From an uncultured bacterium (GTDB taxonomy: Bacteria; Patescibacteriota; Gracilibacteria; Absconditabacterales; Absconditicoccaceae), in contig CALCYP010000036.1 of the NCBI GenBank assembly GCA_937906635.1, positions 1-42,187 on the forward strand: 42,187 nucleotides of DNA, given 5' to 3'. Positions 42,187 to 42,187 of the stretch are shown here, in pieces. Position numbers and translations under genes: made by a program. Numbering within the stretch: position 1 is the first letter of the stretch; every line of letters begins with the position of its first letter. Below the pieces are notes generated by a model that did no database searches, was not told the origin of the DNA, and worked only from the letters and a program-made list of their open reading frames with translations.

Positions 42187-42187
42187 A

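Overview
This is a low-GC chromosomal segment that only reads sensibly under genetic code 25 (UGA = Gly), as used by Gracilibacteria/Absconditabacteria-type CPR bacteria. The supplied standard-code ORF track is fragmented at in-frame TGAs. Reading TGA as Gly by hand gives about 38 intact CDS, all ending in TAA or TAG.

Recognisable genes: uvrA, tex, holB, trpS, pyrG, ruvB, greA, an hpf-like gene, a NUDIX hydrolase, hrcA, ftsE, pheS, a CDF metal exporter, comEC, pyk and a PilT-family/KH ATPase. There is also an SLH surface protein, a eukaryotic-like kinase, a DUF5652-like membrane protein, two T4SS-pilin-like proteins, a 5'-truncated LTD/SNase nuclease of at least 1154 aa, and one tRNA-Arg(GCG) with a decayed tandem copy. 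I saw no rRNA, CRISPR array, transposase or integrase.

Most unusual signals:
1. Five stand-alone promoter-ORF-terminator cassettes (7987, 11035, 12303, 15598, 19869) encode 30 glycines, all as GGN and none as UGA. Neighbouring housekeeping genes use UGA for about 60% of Gly. In three cassettes the first in-frame UGA falls where a standard-code stop would be, inside or next to the terminator hairpin.
2. A roughly 1-kb gene-free region (28.56-29.52 kb) holds six same-strand intrinsic terminators, with TTGACT-type promoter-like boxes between the last five.
3. Several intergenic repeat families occur: heptamer (GCTATYA)n arrays, often as inverted arms followed by an AAAATTTT-type palindrome next to the following start codon; a second heptamer family (CNGACGA) in a 5' UTR; nested inverted-repeat MITE-like elements; GC-rich multi-hairpin elements with compensatory stem changes; and a 71-bp x4 tandem repeat. 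One GC palindrome sits in frame inside tex.
4. A membrane-protein/pilin-like/LTD-SNase nuclease cluster lies near comEC, which could be a DNA-scavenging or uptake apparatus.

All coordinates and translations were derived by hand and should be confirmed computationally.
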